Positions 42,690-56,841 of a DNA stretch of 64,000 bases are shown here, one piece after another. Numbering within the stretch: position 1 is the first letter of the stretch; each line of letters begins with the position of its first letter. The DNA is taken from the NCBI RefSeq assembly GCF_009914755.1, contig NC_060948.1, one strand, 5' to 3'. This stretch comes from the human T2T-CHM13v2.0 reference genome, Homo sapiens. The translations under genes and the position numbers were made by a program. Below the pieces are notes generated by a model. The model worked only from the letters and a program-made list of their open reading frames with translations, made no database searches and had not been told where the DNA came from.

Positions 42690-45600
42690 ATGGAATCAAA
42701 TCAATGGAATATAATCAAATGGCATGGAAAGGAATTGAATGGAGTAGATTGGATTGGATGGGATTGGAATGAAATGTACTGGAAAGGACTCGAATTTCAT
42801 GAAATGGAATGGAATGAACTGGAACGGAATGGACTCGAATGGAATGGAATGTCATGGAATGGCATCAAATGGAATGGCATCAAATGGAATGGAATCGAAT
42901 GCAATGGAATGTTATGGAATGGAATGGAATGCATTGGAATGGAATGTCCCCTAATGGAATGGATTCGAGTGGAATGGAATCGAATATAATGGAGTCGAAT
43001 GAAATGGAATTGAAAGGAAAGGGATCGAATACAATGGAATATACTGGAATGTAATGTAATGAACTCGAATGTAATTGACTAGAATGGAATGTACATGAAT
43101 GGAATGTAATCGAATGGAAAATAATCTCATGGAATAGAATCTAATGCAATAAAATCGACTCAAATAGAATAGAATGGAATGGAATGGAGTGCAGTGCAAT
43201 GGAATGGAATGGAATGGAATGCAATGGAATGGAATGGAATGGGATGGAATGGTATGGGATGGATAGAAATGGACTGGAGTGAAATGGACTGGAAAGTAAT
43301 GGACTCAAATTGAAAGAGCTCGAAAGAATGGAGTCAAATGGAATGGTCTGGAATGGAATGAACACGAATGTAATGCAATCCAATAGAAAGGAATCGAATG
43401 GCATGGAATATAAAGAAATGGAATCGAAGAGAATGGAAACGAATGGAATGGAATTGAATGGAATGGAATTGAATGGAATGGGAACGAATGGAGTGAAATT
43501 GTATGCAGTAGAAGAGAATAGAATGGAATGCAAGCGAAATTAAAGGAATGGATTGGAATGGAATGGAATTCATTGGAATGGAAGGGAATGTATTGCAATG
43601 GACAGGCCTTTAATAAAGTGGAATGCTACGGTCTCGAATGGAATAAAAATGTATGGAATGGAATTCAATGAAACGGAATCGAATGTCATAGAATGTAATG
43701 GAATGCAAAAAAATGGAATCCAAAATCATTGACTGGAAAGGCTGGGTGTCGAAAGGAATTGACTCCAATGGAATGAAATCGAATGGAATGGAAGTGAATA
43801 GAATCGAAGTAAATCGAATGGAATGGAATTGTTAGGAACGGAATGGAAAGGAGTGCAATGATTTGGCATGGAATGGAATCGAATGGCATTGAATGAAGTG
43901 GAATGGAATGCAATGGAATGGAATGTATTAGAATGTAATGAACATTAATGGAATGTACTCGAATGGATTCGACTGGAATGGAATGTTCTGGAAGTGAATG
44001 GACTCCAATGGAATGGATTCGAAAGGAATGGAAACTAATGGAATGGAATTAAATGGAAACGAATCAAATTGAATAGCACGGAATTGAATTGAATGGAATC
44101 GAATGCAATGGAATCTAATGAAATGGAAAGGAAAGGAATGGAATGGAATGGAATGGGCTGGAGTTGAATTGAATCGATACGAATGGAATGGAATAGAACT
44201 GAAGAGACTGGAATGGAATTCACTGGAATGGAAGGGAGTGTAATGGAAGGATCTCGAAAAAAATGGAATCGAATGGAATGGAATTGAATGGAACGGAATA
44301 GAGTCGAATGGAATTCAATGGAATTGAATGGACTAGAGTGAAATGGAATCGAACCACAAGGAATGGAGAGGAATAGAATGGTCTCGAATTGAATGGAATC
44401 GTATGGAATGACATCAAACGGAATGGAATGGACAGCCACGGAATGGAATGCACTCGAATGCAATGGAGTCGAAACTAATGGACTGGAATAGAATGGACTC
44501 GACTGGTACGGACTCCAATGGAATGGAATCGAAAGGAAGGGAATCGAACGGAATGGACTCGAAGGGAAAAGACTGCAATGGAAAGGTCTCGAATGGAATG
44601 GAAATTAATGGAATGGAATGGAATCGAATGAAATGGAGTCAAAAGGAATGGAATCGAATGGCAAGAAATCGAATGTAATGGAATCGCAAGGAATTGATGT
44701 GAACGGAACGGAATGGAATGGAATCCAAAGGAATGGAATAGAATGGAATGGAATCGAATGGAAAGGACTCGAATGGAAATCACTCGAATAGAATGCAATT
44801 TAATAAAATAGGATCAAATGTAATGGAATGGAATGGAAAGGAATCGAAACGAAAGGAATGGAGACAGATGGAATGGAATGGAACAGAGAGCAATGGTATA
44901 GAATGGAATGGAATCATCTGGAATGGAATTGAATGGAATGGAATAACATGAAATGGAATGGAATGGAATGGAATGCCCTTGAATTAAATGGACTGGAATG
45001 GAATGGACTCGAACAGAGTGTAATGGAAAGTGTTGAAATAGAATGGAATGGACTCCTTTGGAATGGTCTAGTATGCAATGCAATCGACTGGCAGGGAATC
45101 AAAAGGAATGTAATCGAATGGATTGGACTGGAATGCAATGGACTCGAATAGATTGGAAACGGAATGCAAAGGAATGGAATGGAATAGTATGGAATGGAAT
45201 GGAAAGGAATGGAGTGGAATAGACTAGAGTGGAATGGAATGGACTGGAAAGCAATGGACTGGAATGGAACTTTCTTGAATGGACTGGAATCAAACGGAAT
45301 GGAATGCAATGCAATCAAATGGCATGGAATAAAATGGAATGAAAGGGAATCAAATGGAATTGAATCGAATGGAATCGAATGGATTGGAAAGGAATAGAAT
45401 GGAATGGAATGGAATTGACTCAAATGGAATGGACTAGAATGGAATGGATTCGAATGGAAGGCAAAGGAATGGAATCTATTGGAATGGACTGTAATGGAAT
45501 GGAATGGAAGGGATTGGAATGGACTCGAATGGAATGGACTGCAATAGAAAGGATTCGAATGGAATGAAAAAGAATTGAATGGAATAGAACAGAATGGAAT

Positions 45601-46192
45601 CAAATAGAATGAAATGGAATGGAATAGAAAGGAATGGAATGAAATGGAATGGAAAGGATTCGAATGGAATGCAATCGAATGGAATGGAATCGAACGGAAT
45701 GGAATAAAATGGAAGAAAACTGGCAAGAAATGGAATCGAAATGAATGGAGTGTTATGGAACGGACTCAAAAGGAATTGAATGTAATAGAATGGAGTGGAG
45801 TGGACTCGAATATAATGGACTGGAATGGAATGAAATCACATGGAATGGGAACGAATGGAATGGAATGGAAAGGAATGGAATCGAATGGAAAGGAATCGAA
45901 TGGAAGGGAATGAAATTGAATCAACAGGAATGGAAGGGAATAGAATAGACGGTAATGGAATGGACTCGAATAGAATGGACACGAATGCTCAAATTGAATG
46001 GACTCGAATGGAATGGAAACGAAAGGAATGTCATCGAATGGAATTGAATCGATTGGAATGAAATCGCATAGAATGGAGTGGAATCAAATGGAATTGAATC
46101 GAAAGGAAAGGAAGCGAATGGACTGAAATGAAATGGAATGGAATTGAATGGAAAGTAATGCAATGGAATAGAATGGAACGAAATTTCACGGA
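42690..46192 (+). repeat. Unit 13 (3503 bp; highly diverged variant)
   Basis: SacI GAGCTC at 43316; 1-bp deletion near 43326; AGGCCTTTAATAAA at 43604; extra EcoRI at 43661, 44216, 44311. Confidence 0.88.
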
Positions 46193-49100
46193 ATGGAATC
46201 AAATCAATGGAATCAAATCAAATGGAATGGAAAGGAATAGAATGGAGTAGATTGGATTGGATGGGATTGGAATGAAATGTACTGGAAAGGACTCGAATTT
46301 CATGAAACGGAATGGAATGAATTGGAACGGAATGGACTCGAATGGAATGGAATGTCATGGAATGGCATCAAATGGAATGGCATCAAATGGAATGGAATCG
46401 AATGCAATGGAATGCTATGGAATGGAATGGAATGCATTGGAATGGAATGTCCTCTAATGGAATGGATTCGAGTGGAATGGAATCGAATATAATGGAGTCG
46501 AATGAAATGGAATTGAAAGGAATGGGATCGAATACAATGGAATATACTGGAATGTAATGTAATGAACTCGAATGTAATTGACTGGAATGGAATGTACATG
46601 AATGGAATGTAATCGAATGGAAAGTAATCCAATGGAATAGAATCTAATGCAATAAAATCGACTCAGATAGAGTAGAATGTAATGGAATGGAGTGCAGTGC
46701 AATGGAATGGAATGGAATGGAATGCAATGGAATGGAATGGAATGGAATGGAATGGGATGGAATGGGATGGAATGGTATGGAATGGATAGTAATGGACTGG
46801 AGTGAAATGGACTGGAAAGGAATGGACTCAAATTGAAAGGGCTCGAAAGGAATGGAGTCAAATGGAATGGTCTGGAATGGAATGAACACGAATGTAATGC
46901 AATCCAATAGAATGGAATCGAATGGCATGGAATATAAAGAAATGGAATCGAAGAGAATGGAAACAAATGGAATGGAATTGAATGGAATGGAATTGAATGG
47001 AATGGGAACGAATGGAGTGAAATTGTATGCAGTAGAAGGGAATAGAATGGAATGCAAGCGAAAGGAAAGGAATGGATTGGAATGGAATGGAATTCATTGG
47101 AATGGAAGGGAATGTAGTGTAATGGACAGGCCTGGAATAAAGTGGAATGCTACGGTCTCGAATGGAATAAAAATGTATGGAATGGAATGCAATGAAACGG
47201 AATCGAATGTCATAGAATGTAATGGAATGCAAAAAAATGGAATCCAAAATCATTGACTGGAAAGGCTGGGTGTCGAAAGGAATTGACTCCAATGGAATGG
47301 AATCAAATGGAATGGAAGTGAATAGAATCGAACTAAATCGAATGGAATGGAATTGATAGGAACGGAATGGAAAGGAATGCAATGATTTGGCATGGAATGG
47401 AATCGAATGGCATCGAATGGAATGGAATGGAATGCAATGGAATGGAATGTATTAGAATGTAATGAACTTTAATGGAATGTACTCGAATGGATTCGACTGG
47501 AATGGAATGTTCTGGAAGTGAATGGACTCCAATGGAATGGATTCAAAAGGAATGGAATCGTACGGAATGGAATCTAATGGAATGGAATTAAATGGAAAAG
47601 AATCAAATTGAATAGCACGGAATTGAATTGAATGGAATCGAATGCAATGGAATCTAATGAAACGGAAAGGAAAGGAATGGAATGGAATGGAATGGGCTGG
47701 AATGGAAAGGAATCGAAACGAATGGAATGGAATCGAACTGAAGAGACTGGAATGGAATGCACTGGAATGGAAGGGAGTGTAATGGAAGGTTCTCGAAAAA
47801 AATGGAATCGAATGGAATGGAATTGAATGGAACGGAATAGAGTCGAATGGAATTGAATGGAATGGAATGGACTAGAGTGAAATGGAATCGAACCACAAGG
47901 AATGGACAGGAATAGAATGGTCTCGAATTGAATGGAATCGTATGGAATGGCATCAAACGGAAAGGAATGGACAGCCACGGAATGGAATGCACTCGAATGC
48001 AATGGAGTCGAAACTAATGGACTGGAATAGAATGGACTCGACTGGTACGGACTCCAATGGAATGGAATCGAAAGGAAGGGAATCGAACGGAATGGACTCG
48101 AAGGGAAAAGACTGCAATGGAAAGGTCTCGAATGGAATGGAAATTAATGGAATGGAATGGAATCGAATGAAATGGAGTCAAAAGGAATGGAATCGAATGG
48201 CAAGAAATCGAATGTAATGGATTCGCAAGGAATTGATGTGAACGGAACGGAATGGAATGGAATCCAAAGGAATGGAATAGAATGGAATGGAATCGAATGG
48301 AAAGGACTCGAATGGAAATCACTGGAATAGAATGCAATTTAATAAAATAGGATGAAATGTAATGGAATGGAATGGAAAGGAATCGAAACGAAAGGAATGG
48401 AGACAGATGGAATGGAATGGTACAGAGAGCAATGGTATAGAATGGAATGGAATCATCTGGAATGGAATTGAATGGAATGGAATAATATGAAATGGAATGG
48501 AATGGAATGGAATGGAATGTAATGGAATGGAATGGAATGCCCTTGAATTAAATGGACTGGAATGGAATGGACTCCAACAGAGTGAAATGGAAAGTGTTGA
48601 GATAGAATGGAATGGACTCCTTTGGAATGGTGTAGTATGCAATGCAATCGACTGGCAGGGAAGCAAAAGGAATGTAATCAAATGGATTGGACTGGAATGC
48701 AATGGACTCGAATAGATTGGAAACGGAATGCAAAGGAATGGAATGGAATAGTATGGAATGGAATGGAAAGGAATGGAGTGGAATAGACTAGAGTGGAATG
48801 GAATGGACTGGAAAGCAATGGACTGGAATGGAACTTTCTTGAATGGACTGGAATCAAACGGAATGGAATGCAATGCAATCAAATGGCATGGAATAAAATA
48901 GAATGAAAGAGAATCAAATGGAATTGAATCGAATAGAATCGAATGGATTGGAAAGGATTAGAATGGAATGGAATGGAATTGACTCAAATGGAATGGACTA
49001 GAATGGAATGGATTCGAATGGAAGGCAAAGGAATGGAATCTATTGGAATGGACTGTAATGGAATGGAATGGAAGGGATTGGAATGGACTCGAATGGAATG

Positions 49101-49786
49101 GACTGCAATAGAAAGGATTCGAATGGAATGAAAAAGAATTGAATGGAATAGAACAGATTGGAATCAAATCGAATGAAATGGAATGGAATAGAAAGGAATG
49201 GAATGAAATGGAATGGAAAGGATTCGAATGGAATGCAATCGAATGGAATGGAATCGAACGGAATGGAATAAAATGGAAGAAAACTGGCAAGAAATGGAAT
49301 CGAAATGAATGGAGTGTTATGGAACGGACTCAAAAGGAATTGAATGTAATAGAATGGAGTGGAGTGGACTCGAATATAATGGACTGGAATGGAATGAAAT
49401 CACATGGAATGGGAACGAATGGAATGGAATGGAAAGGAATGGAATGGAAAGGAATGGAATCGAATGGAAAGGAATCGAATGGAAGGGAATGAAATTGAAT
49501 CAACAGGAATGGAAGGAAGTAGAATAGACGGTAATGGAATGGACTCGAATAGAATGGACACGAATGCTCAAATTGAATGGACTCGAATGGAATGGAAACG
49601 AAAGGAATGTCGTCGAATGGAATTGAATCGATTGGAATGAAATCGCATAGAATGGAGTGGAATCAAATGGAATTGAATCGAAAGGAAAGGAAGCGAATGG
49701 TCTGAAATGAAATGGAATGGAATTGAATGGAAAGTAATGCAAGGGAATAGAATGGAACGAAATTTCACGGAATGGAATCAAACTGA
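46193..49786 (+). repeat. Unit 14 (3594 bp; longest unit, near-consensus body)
   Basis: Retains CGTACGG near 47560; expanded tract at 48494-48538; 15-bp duplication near 49440. Confidence 0.86.
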
Positions 49787-52700
49787 ATGGAATCAAATCA
49801 ATGGAATATAATCAAATGGCATGGAAAGGAATTGAATGGAGTAGATTGGATTGGATGGGATTGGAATGAAATGTACTGGAAAGGACTCGAATTTCATGAA
49901 ATGGAATGGAATGAACTGGAACGGAATGGACTCGAATGGAATGGAATGTCATGGAATGGCATCAAATGGAATGGCATCAAATGGAATGGAATCGAATGCA
50001 ATGGAATGTTATGGAATGGAATGGAATGCATTGGAATGGAATGTCCCCTAATGGAATGGATTCGAGTGGAATGGAATCGAATATAATGGAGTCGAATGAA
50101 ATGGAATTGAAAGGAAAGGGATCGAATACAATGGAATATACTGGAATGTAATGTAATGAACTCGAATGTAATTGACTAGAATGGAATGTACATGAATGGA
50201 ATGTAATCGAATGGAAAATAATCTCATGGAATAGAATCTAATGCAATAAAATCGACTCAAATAGAATAGAATGGAATGGAATGGAGTGCAGTGCAATGGA
50301 ATGGAATGGAATGGAATGCAATGGAATGGAATGGAATGGGATGGAATGGTATGGGATGGATAGAAATGGACTGGAGTGAAATGGACTGGAAAGTAATGGA
50401 CTCAAATTGAAAGAGCTCGAAAGAATGGAGTCAAATGGAATGGTCTGGAATGGAATGAACACGAATGTAATGCAATCCAATAGAATGGAATCGAATGGCA
50501 TGGAATATAAAGAAATGGAATCGAAGAGAATGGAAACGAATGGAATGGAATTGAATGGAATGGAATTGAATGGAATGGGAACGAATGGAGTGAAATTGTA
50601 TGCAGTAGAAGAGAATAGAATGGAATGCAAGCGAAATTAAAGGAATGGATTGGAATGGAATGGAATTCATTGGAATGGAAGGGAATGTATTGCAATGGAC
50701 AGGCCTTTAATAAAGTGGAATGCTACGGTCTCGAATGGAATAAAAATGTATGGAATGGAATTCAATGAAACGGAATCGAATGTCATAGAATGTAATGGAA
50801 TGCAAAAAAATGGAATCCAAAATCATTGACTGGAAAGGCTGGGTGTCGAAAGGAATTGACTCCAATGGAATGAAATCGAATGGAATGGAAGTGAATAGAA
50901 TCGAAGTAAATCGAATGGAATGGAATTGTTAGGAACGGAATGGAAAGGAGTGCAATGATTTGGCATGGAATGGAATCGAATGGCATTGAATGAAGTGGAA
51001 TGGAATGCAATGGAATGGAATGTATTAGAATGTAATGAACATTAATGGAATGTACTCGAATGGATTCGACTGGAATGGAATGTTCTGGAAGTGAATGGAC
51101 TCCAATGGAATGGATTCGAAAGGAATGGAAACTAATGGAATGGAATTAAATGGAAACGAATCAAATTGAATAGCACGGAATTGAATTGAATGGAATCGAA
51201 TGCAATGGAATCTAATGAAATGGAAAGGAAAGGAATGGAATGGAATGGAATGGGCTGGAGTTGAATGGAATCGATACGAATGGAATGGAATAGAACTGAA
51301 GAGACTGGAATGGAATTCACTGGAATGGAAGGGAGTGTAATGGAAGGATCTCGAAAAAAATGGAATCGAATGGAATGGAATTGAATGGAACGGAATAGAG
51401 TCGAATGGAATTCAATGGAATTGAATGGACTAGAGTGAAATGGAATCGAACCACAAGGAATGGAGAGGAATAGAATGGTCTCGAATTGAATGGAATCGTA
51501 TGGAATGACATCAAACGGAATGGAATGGACAGCCACGGAATGGAATGCACTCGAATGCAATGGAGTCGAAACTAATGGACTGGAATAGAATGGACTCGAC
51601 TGGTACGGACTCCAATGGAATGGAATCGAAAGGAAGGGAATCGAACGGAATGGACTCGAAGGGAAAAGACTGCAATGGAAAGGTCTCGAATGGAATGGAA
51701 ATTAACGGAATGGAATGGAATCGAATGAAATGGAGTCAAAAGGAATGGAATCGAATGGCAAGAAATCGAATGTAATGGAATCGCAAGGAATTGATGTGAA
51801 CGGAACGGAATGGAATGGAATCCAAAGGAATGGAATAGAATGGAATGGAATCGAATGGAAAGGACTCGAATGGAAATCACTCGAATAGAATGCAATTTAA
51901 TAAAATAGGATCAAATGTAATGGAATGGAATGGAAAGGAATCGAAACGAAAGGAATGGAGACAGATGGAATGGAATGGAACAGAGAGCAATGGTATAGAA
52001 TGGAATGGAATCATCTGGAATGGAATTGAATGGAATGGAATAACATGAAATGGAATGGAATGGAATGGAATGCCCTTGAATTAAATGGACTGGAATGGAA
52101 TGGACTCGAACAGAGTGTAATGGAAAGTGTTGAAATAGAATGGAATGGACTCCTTTGGAATGGTCTAGTATGCAATGCAATCGACTGGCAGGGAATCAAA
52201 AGGAATGTAATCGAATGGATTGGACTGGAATGCAATGGACTCGAATAGATTGGAAACGGAATGCAAAGGAATGGAATGGAATAGTATGGAATGGAATGGA
52301 AAGGAATGGAGTGGAATAGACTAGAGTGGAATGGAATGGACTGGAAAGCAATGGACTGGAATGGAACTTTCTTGAATGGACTGGAATCAAACGGAATGGA
52401 ATGCAATGCAATCAAATGGCATGGAATAAAATGGAATGAAAGGGAATCAAATGGAATTGAATCGAATGGAATCGAATGGATTGGAAAGGAATAGAATGGA
52501 ATGGAATGGAATTGACTCAAATGGAATGGACTAGAATGGAATGGATTCGAATGGAAGGCAAAGGAATGGAATCTATTGGAATGGACTGTAATGGAATGGA
52601 ATGGAAGGGATTGGAATGGACTCGAATGGAATGGACTGCAATAGAAAGGATTCGAATGGAATGAAAAAGAATTGAATGGAATAGAACAGAATGGAATCAA

Positions 52701-53284
52701 ATCGAATGAAATGGAATGGAATAGAAAGGAATGGAATGAAATGGAATGGAAAGGATTCGAATGGAATGCAATCGAATGGAATGGAATCGAACGGAATGGA
52801 ATAAAATGGAAGAAAACTGGCAAGAAATGGAATCGAAATGAATGGAGTGTTATGGAACGGACTCAAAAGGAATTGAATGTAATAGAATGGAGTGGAGTGG
52901 ACTCGAATATAATGGACTGGAATGGAATGAAATCACATGGAATGGGAACGAATGGAATCGAATGGAAAGGAATCGAATGGAAGGGAATGAAATTGAATCA
53001 ACAGGAATGGAAGGGAATAGAATAGACGGTAATGGAATGGACTCGAATAGAATGGACACGAATGCTCAAATTGAATGGACTCGAATGGAATGGAAACGAA
53101 AGGAATGTCATCGAATGGAATTGAATCGATTGGAATGAAATCGCATAGAATGGAGTGGAATCAAATGGAATTGAATCGAAAGGAAAGGAAGCGAATGGAC
53201 TGAAATGAAATGGAATGGAATTGAATGGAAAGTAATGCAATGGAATAGAATGGAACGAAATTTCACGGAATGGAATCAAACTGA
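49787..53284 (+). repeat. Unit 15 (3498 bp; copy of diverged unit 13)
   Basis: SacI at 50413; AGGCCTTTAATAAA at 50701; private 20-bp deletion near 52950. Confidence 0.88.
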
Positions 53285-56200
53285 ATGGAATCAAATCAAT
53301 GGAATCAAATCAAATGGAATGGAAAGGAATTGAATGGAGTAGATGGGATTGGATGGGATTGGAATGAAATGTACTGGAAAGGACTCGAATTTCATGAAAC
53401 GGAATGGAATGAATTGGAACGGAATGGACTCGAATGGAATGGAATGTCATGGGATGGCATCAAATGTAATGGCATCAAATGGAATGGAATCGAATGCAAT
53501 GGAATGCTATGGAATGGAATGGAATGCATTGGAATGGAATGTCCTCTAATGGAATGGATTCGAGTGGAATGGAATTGATTATAATGTAGTCGAATGAAAT
53601 GGAATTGAAAGGAATGGGATCGAATACAATGGAATATACTGGAATGTAACGTAATGAACTCGAATGTAATTGACTGGAATGGAATGTACATGAATGGAAT
53701 GTAATCGAATGGAAAGTAATCCAATGGAATAGAATCTAATGCAATAAAATCGACTCAGATAGAGTAGAATGTAATGGAATGGAGTGCAGTGCAATGGAAT
53801 GGAATGGAATGGAATGCAATGGAATGGAATGGAATGGAATGGAATGGAATGGAATGGGATGGAATGGTATGGAATGGATATTAATGGACTGGAGTGAAAT
53901 GGACTGGAAAGGAATGGACTCAAATTGAAAGGTCTCGAAAGGAATGGAGTCAAATGGAATGGTCTGGAATGGAATGAACACGAATGTAATGCAACCCAAT
54001 AGAATGGAATCGAATGGCATGGAATATAAAGAAATGGAATCGAAGAGAATGGAAACAAATGGAATGGAATTGAATGGAATGGAATTGAATGGAATGGGAA
54101 CGAATGGAGTGAAATTCTATGCAGTAGAAGAGAATAGAATGGAATGCAAGCGAAAGGAAAAGAATGGATTGGAATGGAATGGAATTCATTGGAATGGAAG
54201 GGAATGTAGTGTAATGGACAGGCCTGGAATAAAGTGGAATGCTACGGTCTCGAATGGAATAAAAATGTATGGAATGGAATGCAATGAAACGGAATCGAAT
54301 GTCATAGAATGTAATGGAATGCAAAAAAATGGAATCCAAAATCATTGACTGGAAAGGCTGGGTGTCGAAAGGAATTGACTCCAATGGAATGGAATCGAAT
54401 GGAATGGAAGTGAATAGAATCGAACTAAATCGAATGGAATGGAATTGATAGGAACGGAATGGAAAGGAATGCAATGATTTGGCATGGAATGGAATCGAAT
54501 GGCATCGAATGGAATGGAATGGAATGCAATGGAATGGAATGTATTAGAATGTAATGAACTTTAATGGAATGTACTCGAATGGATTCGACTGGAATGGAAT
54601 GTTCTGGAAGTGAATGGACTCCAATGGAATGGATTCAAAAGGAATGGAATCGTACGGAATGGAATCTAATGGAATGGAATTAAATGGAAATGAATCAAAT
54701 TGAATAGCACGGAATTGAATTGAATGGAATGGAATGCAATGGAATCTAATGAAACGGAAAGGAAAGGAATGGAATGGAATGGAATGGGCTGGAATGGAAA
54801 GGAATCGAAACGAATGGAATGGAATCGAACTGAAGAGACTGGAATGGAATGCACTGGAATGGAAGGGAGTGTAATGGAAGGTTCTCGAAAAAAATGGAAT
54901 CGAATGGAATGGAATTGAATGGAACGGAGTAGAGTCGAATGGAATTGAATGGAATGGAATGGACTAGAGTGAAATGGAATCGAACCACAAGGAATGGACA
55001 GGAATAGAATGGTCTCGAATTGAATGGAATCGTATGGAATGGCATCAAACGGAATGGAATGGACAGCCACGGAATGGAATGCACTCGAATGCAATGGAGT
55101 CGAAACTAACGGACTGGAATAGAATGGACTCGACTGGTACGGACTCCAATGGAATGGAATCGAATGGAAGGGAATCGAACGGAAGGGAATCGAACGGAAT
55201 GGACTCGAAGGGAAAAGACTGCAATGGAAAGGTCTCGAATGGAATGGAAATTAATGGAATGGAATGGAATCGAATGAAATGGAGTCAAAAGGAATGGAAT
55301 CGAACGGTAAGAAATCGAATGTAATGGAATCGCAAGGAATTGATGTGAACGGAACGGAATGGAATGGAATCCAAAGGAATGGAATAGAATGGAATGGAAT
55401 CGAATGGAAAGGACTCGAATGGAAATCACTCGAATAGAATGCAATTTAATAAAATAGGATCAAATGTAATGGAATGGAATGGAAAGGAATCGAAACGAAA
55501 GGAATGGAGACAGATGGAATGGAATAGAACAGAGAGCAATGGTATAGAATGGAATGGAATCATCTGGAATGGAATTGAATGGAATGGAATAATATGAAAT
55601 GGAATGGAATGGAATGGAATGGAATGCCCTTGAATTAAATGGACTGGAATGGAATGGACTCGAACAGAGTGGAATGGAAAGTTGAGATAGAATGGAATGG
55701 ACTCCTTTGGAATGGTGTAGTATGCAATGCAATCGACTGGCAGGGAATCAAAAGGAATGTAATCGAATGGATTGGACTGGAATGCAATGGACTCGAATAG
55801 ATTGGAAACGGAATGCAAAGGAATGGAATGGAATAGTATGGAATGGAATGGAAAGGAATGGAGTGGAATAGACTAGAGTGGAATGGAATGGACTGGAAAG
55901 CAATGGACTGGAATGGAACTTTCTTGAATGGACTGGAATCAAACGGAATGGAATGCAATGCAATCAAATGGCATGGAATAAAATAGAATGAAAGAGAATC
56001 AAATGGAATTGAATCGAATGGAATCGAATGGATTGGAAAGGAATAGAATGGAATGGAATGGAATGGACTAGAATGGAATGGATTCGAATGGAAGGCAAAG
56101 GAAATGAATCTATTGGAATGGACTGTAATGGAAAGGAATGGAAGGGATTGGAATGGACTCGAATGGAATGGACTGCAATAGAAAGGATTCGAATGGAATG

Positions 56201-56841
56201 AAAAAGAATTGAATGGAATAGAACAGAATGGAATCAAATCGAATGAAATGGAATGGAATAGAAAGGAATGGAATGAAATGGAATGGAAAGGATTCGAATG
56301 GAATGCAATCGAATGGAATGGAATCGAACGGAATGGAATAAAATGGAAGAAAACTGGCAAGAAATGGAATCGAAATGAATGGAGTGTTATGGAACGGACT
56401 CAAAAGGAATTGAATGTAATAGAATGGAGTGGAGTGGACTCGAATATAATGGACTGGAATGGAATGAAATCACATGGAATGGGAACGAATGGAATGGAAT
56501 GGAAAGGAATGGAATCGAATGGAAAGGAATCGAATGGAAGGGAATGAAATTGAATCAACAGGAATGGAAGGGAATAGAATAGACGGTAATGGAATGGACT
56601 CGAATAGAATGGACACGAATGCTCAAATTGAATGGACTCGAATGGAATGGAAACGAAAGGAATGTCATCGAATGGAATTGAATCGATTGGAATGAAATCG
56701 CATAAAATGGAGTGGAATCAAATGGAATTGAATCGAAAGGAAAGGAAGCGAATGGACTGAAATGAAATGGAATGGAATTGAATGGAAAGTAATGCAATGG
56801 AATAGAATGGAACGAAATTTCACGGAATGGAATCAAACTGA
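53285..56841 (+). repeat. Unit 16 (3557 bp)
   Basis: GCAACCCAAT at 53991; 15-bp duplication near 55170-55195; 2-bp deletion near 55681. Confidence 0.86.
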
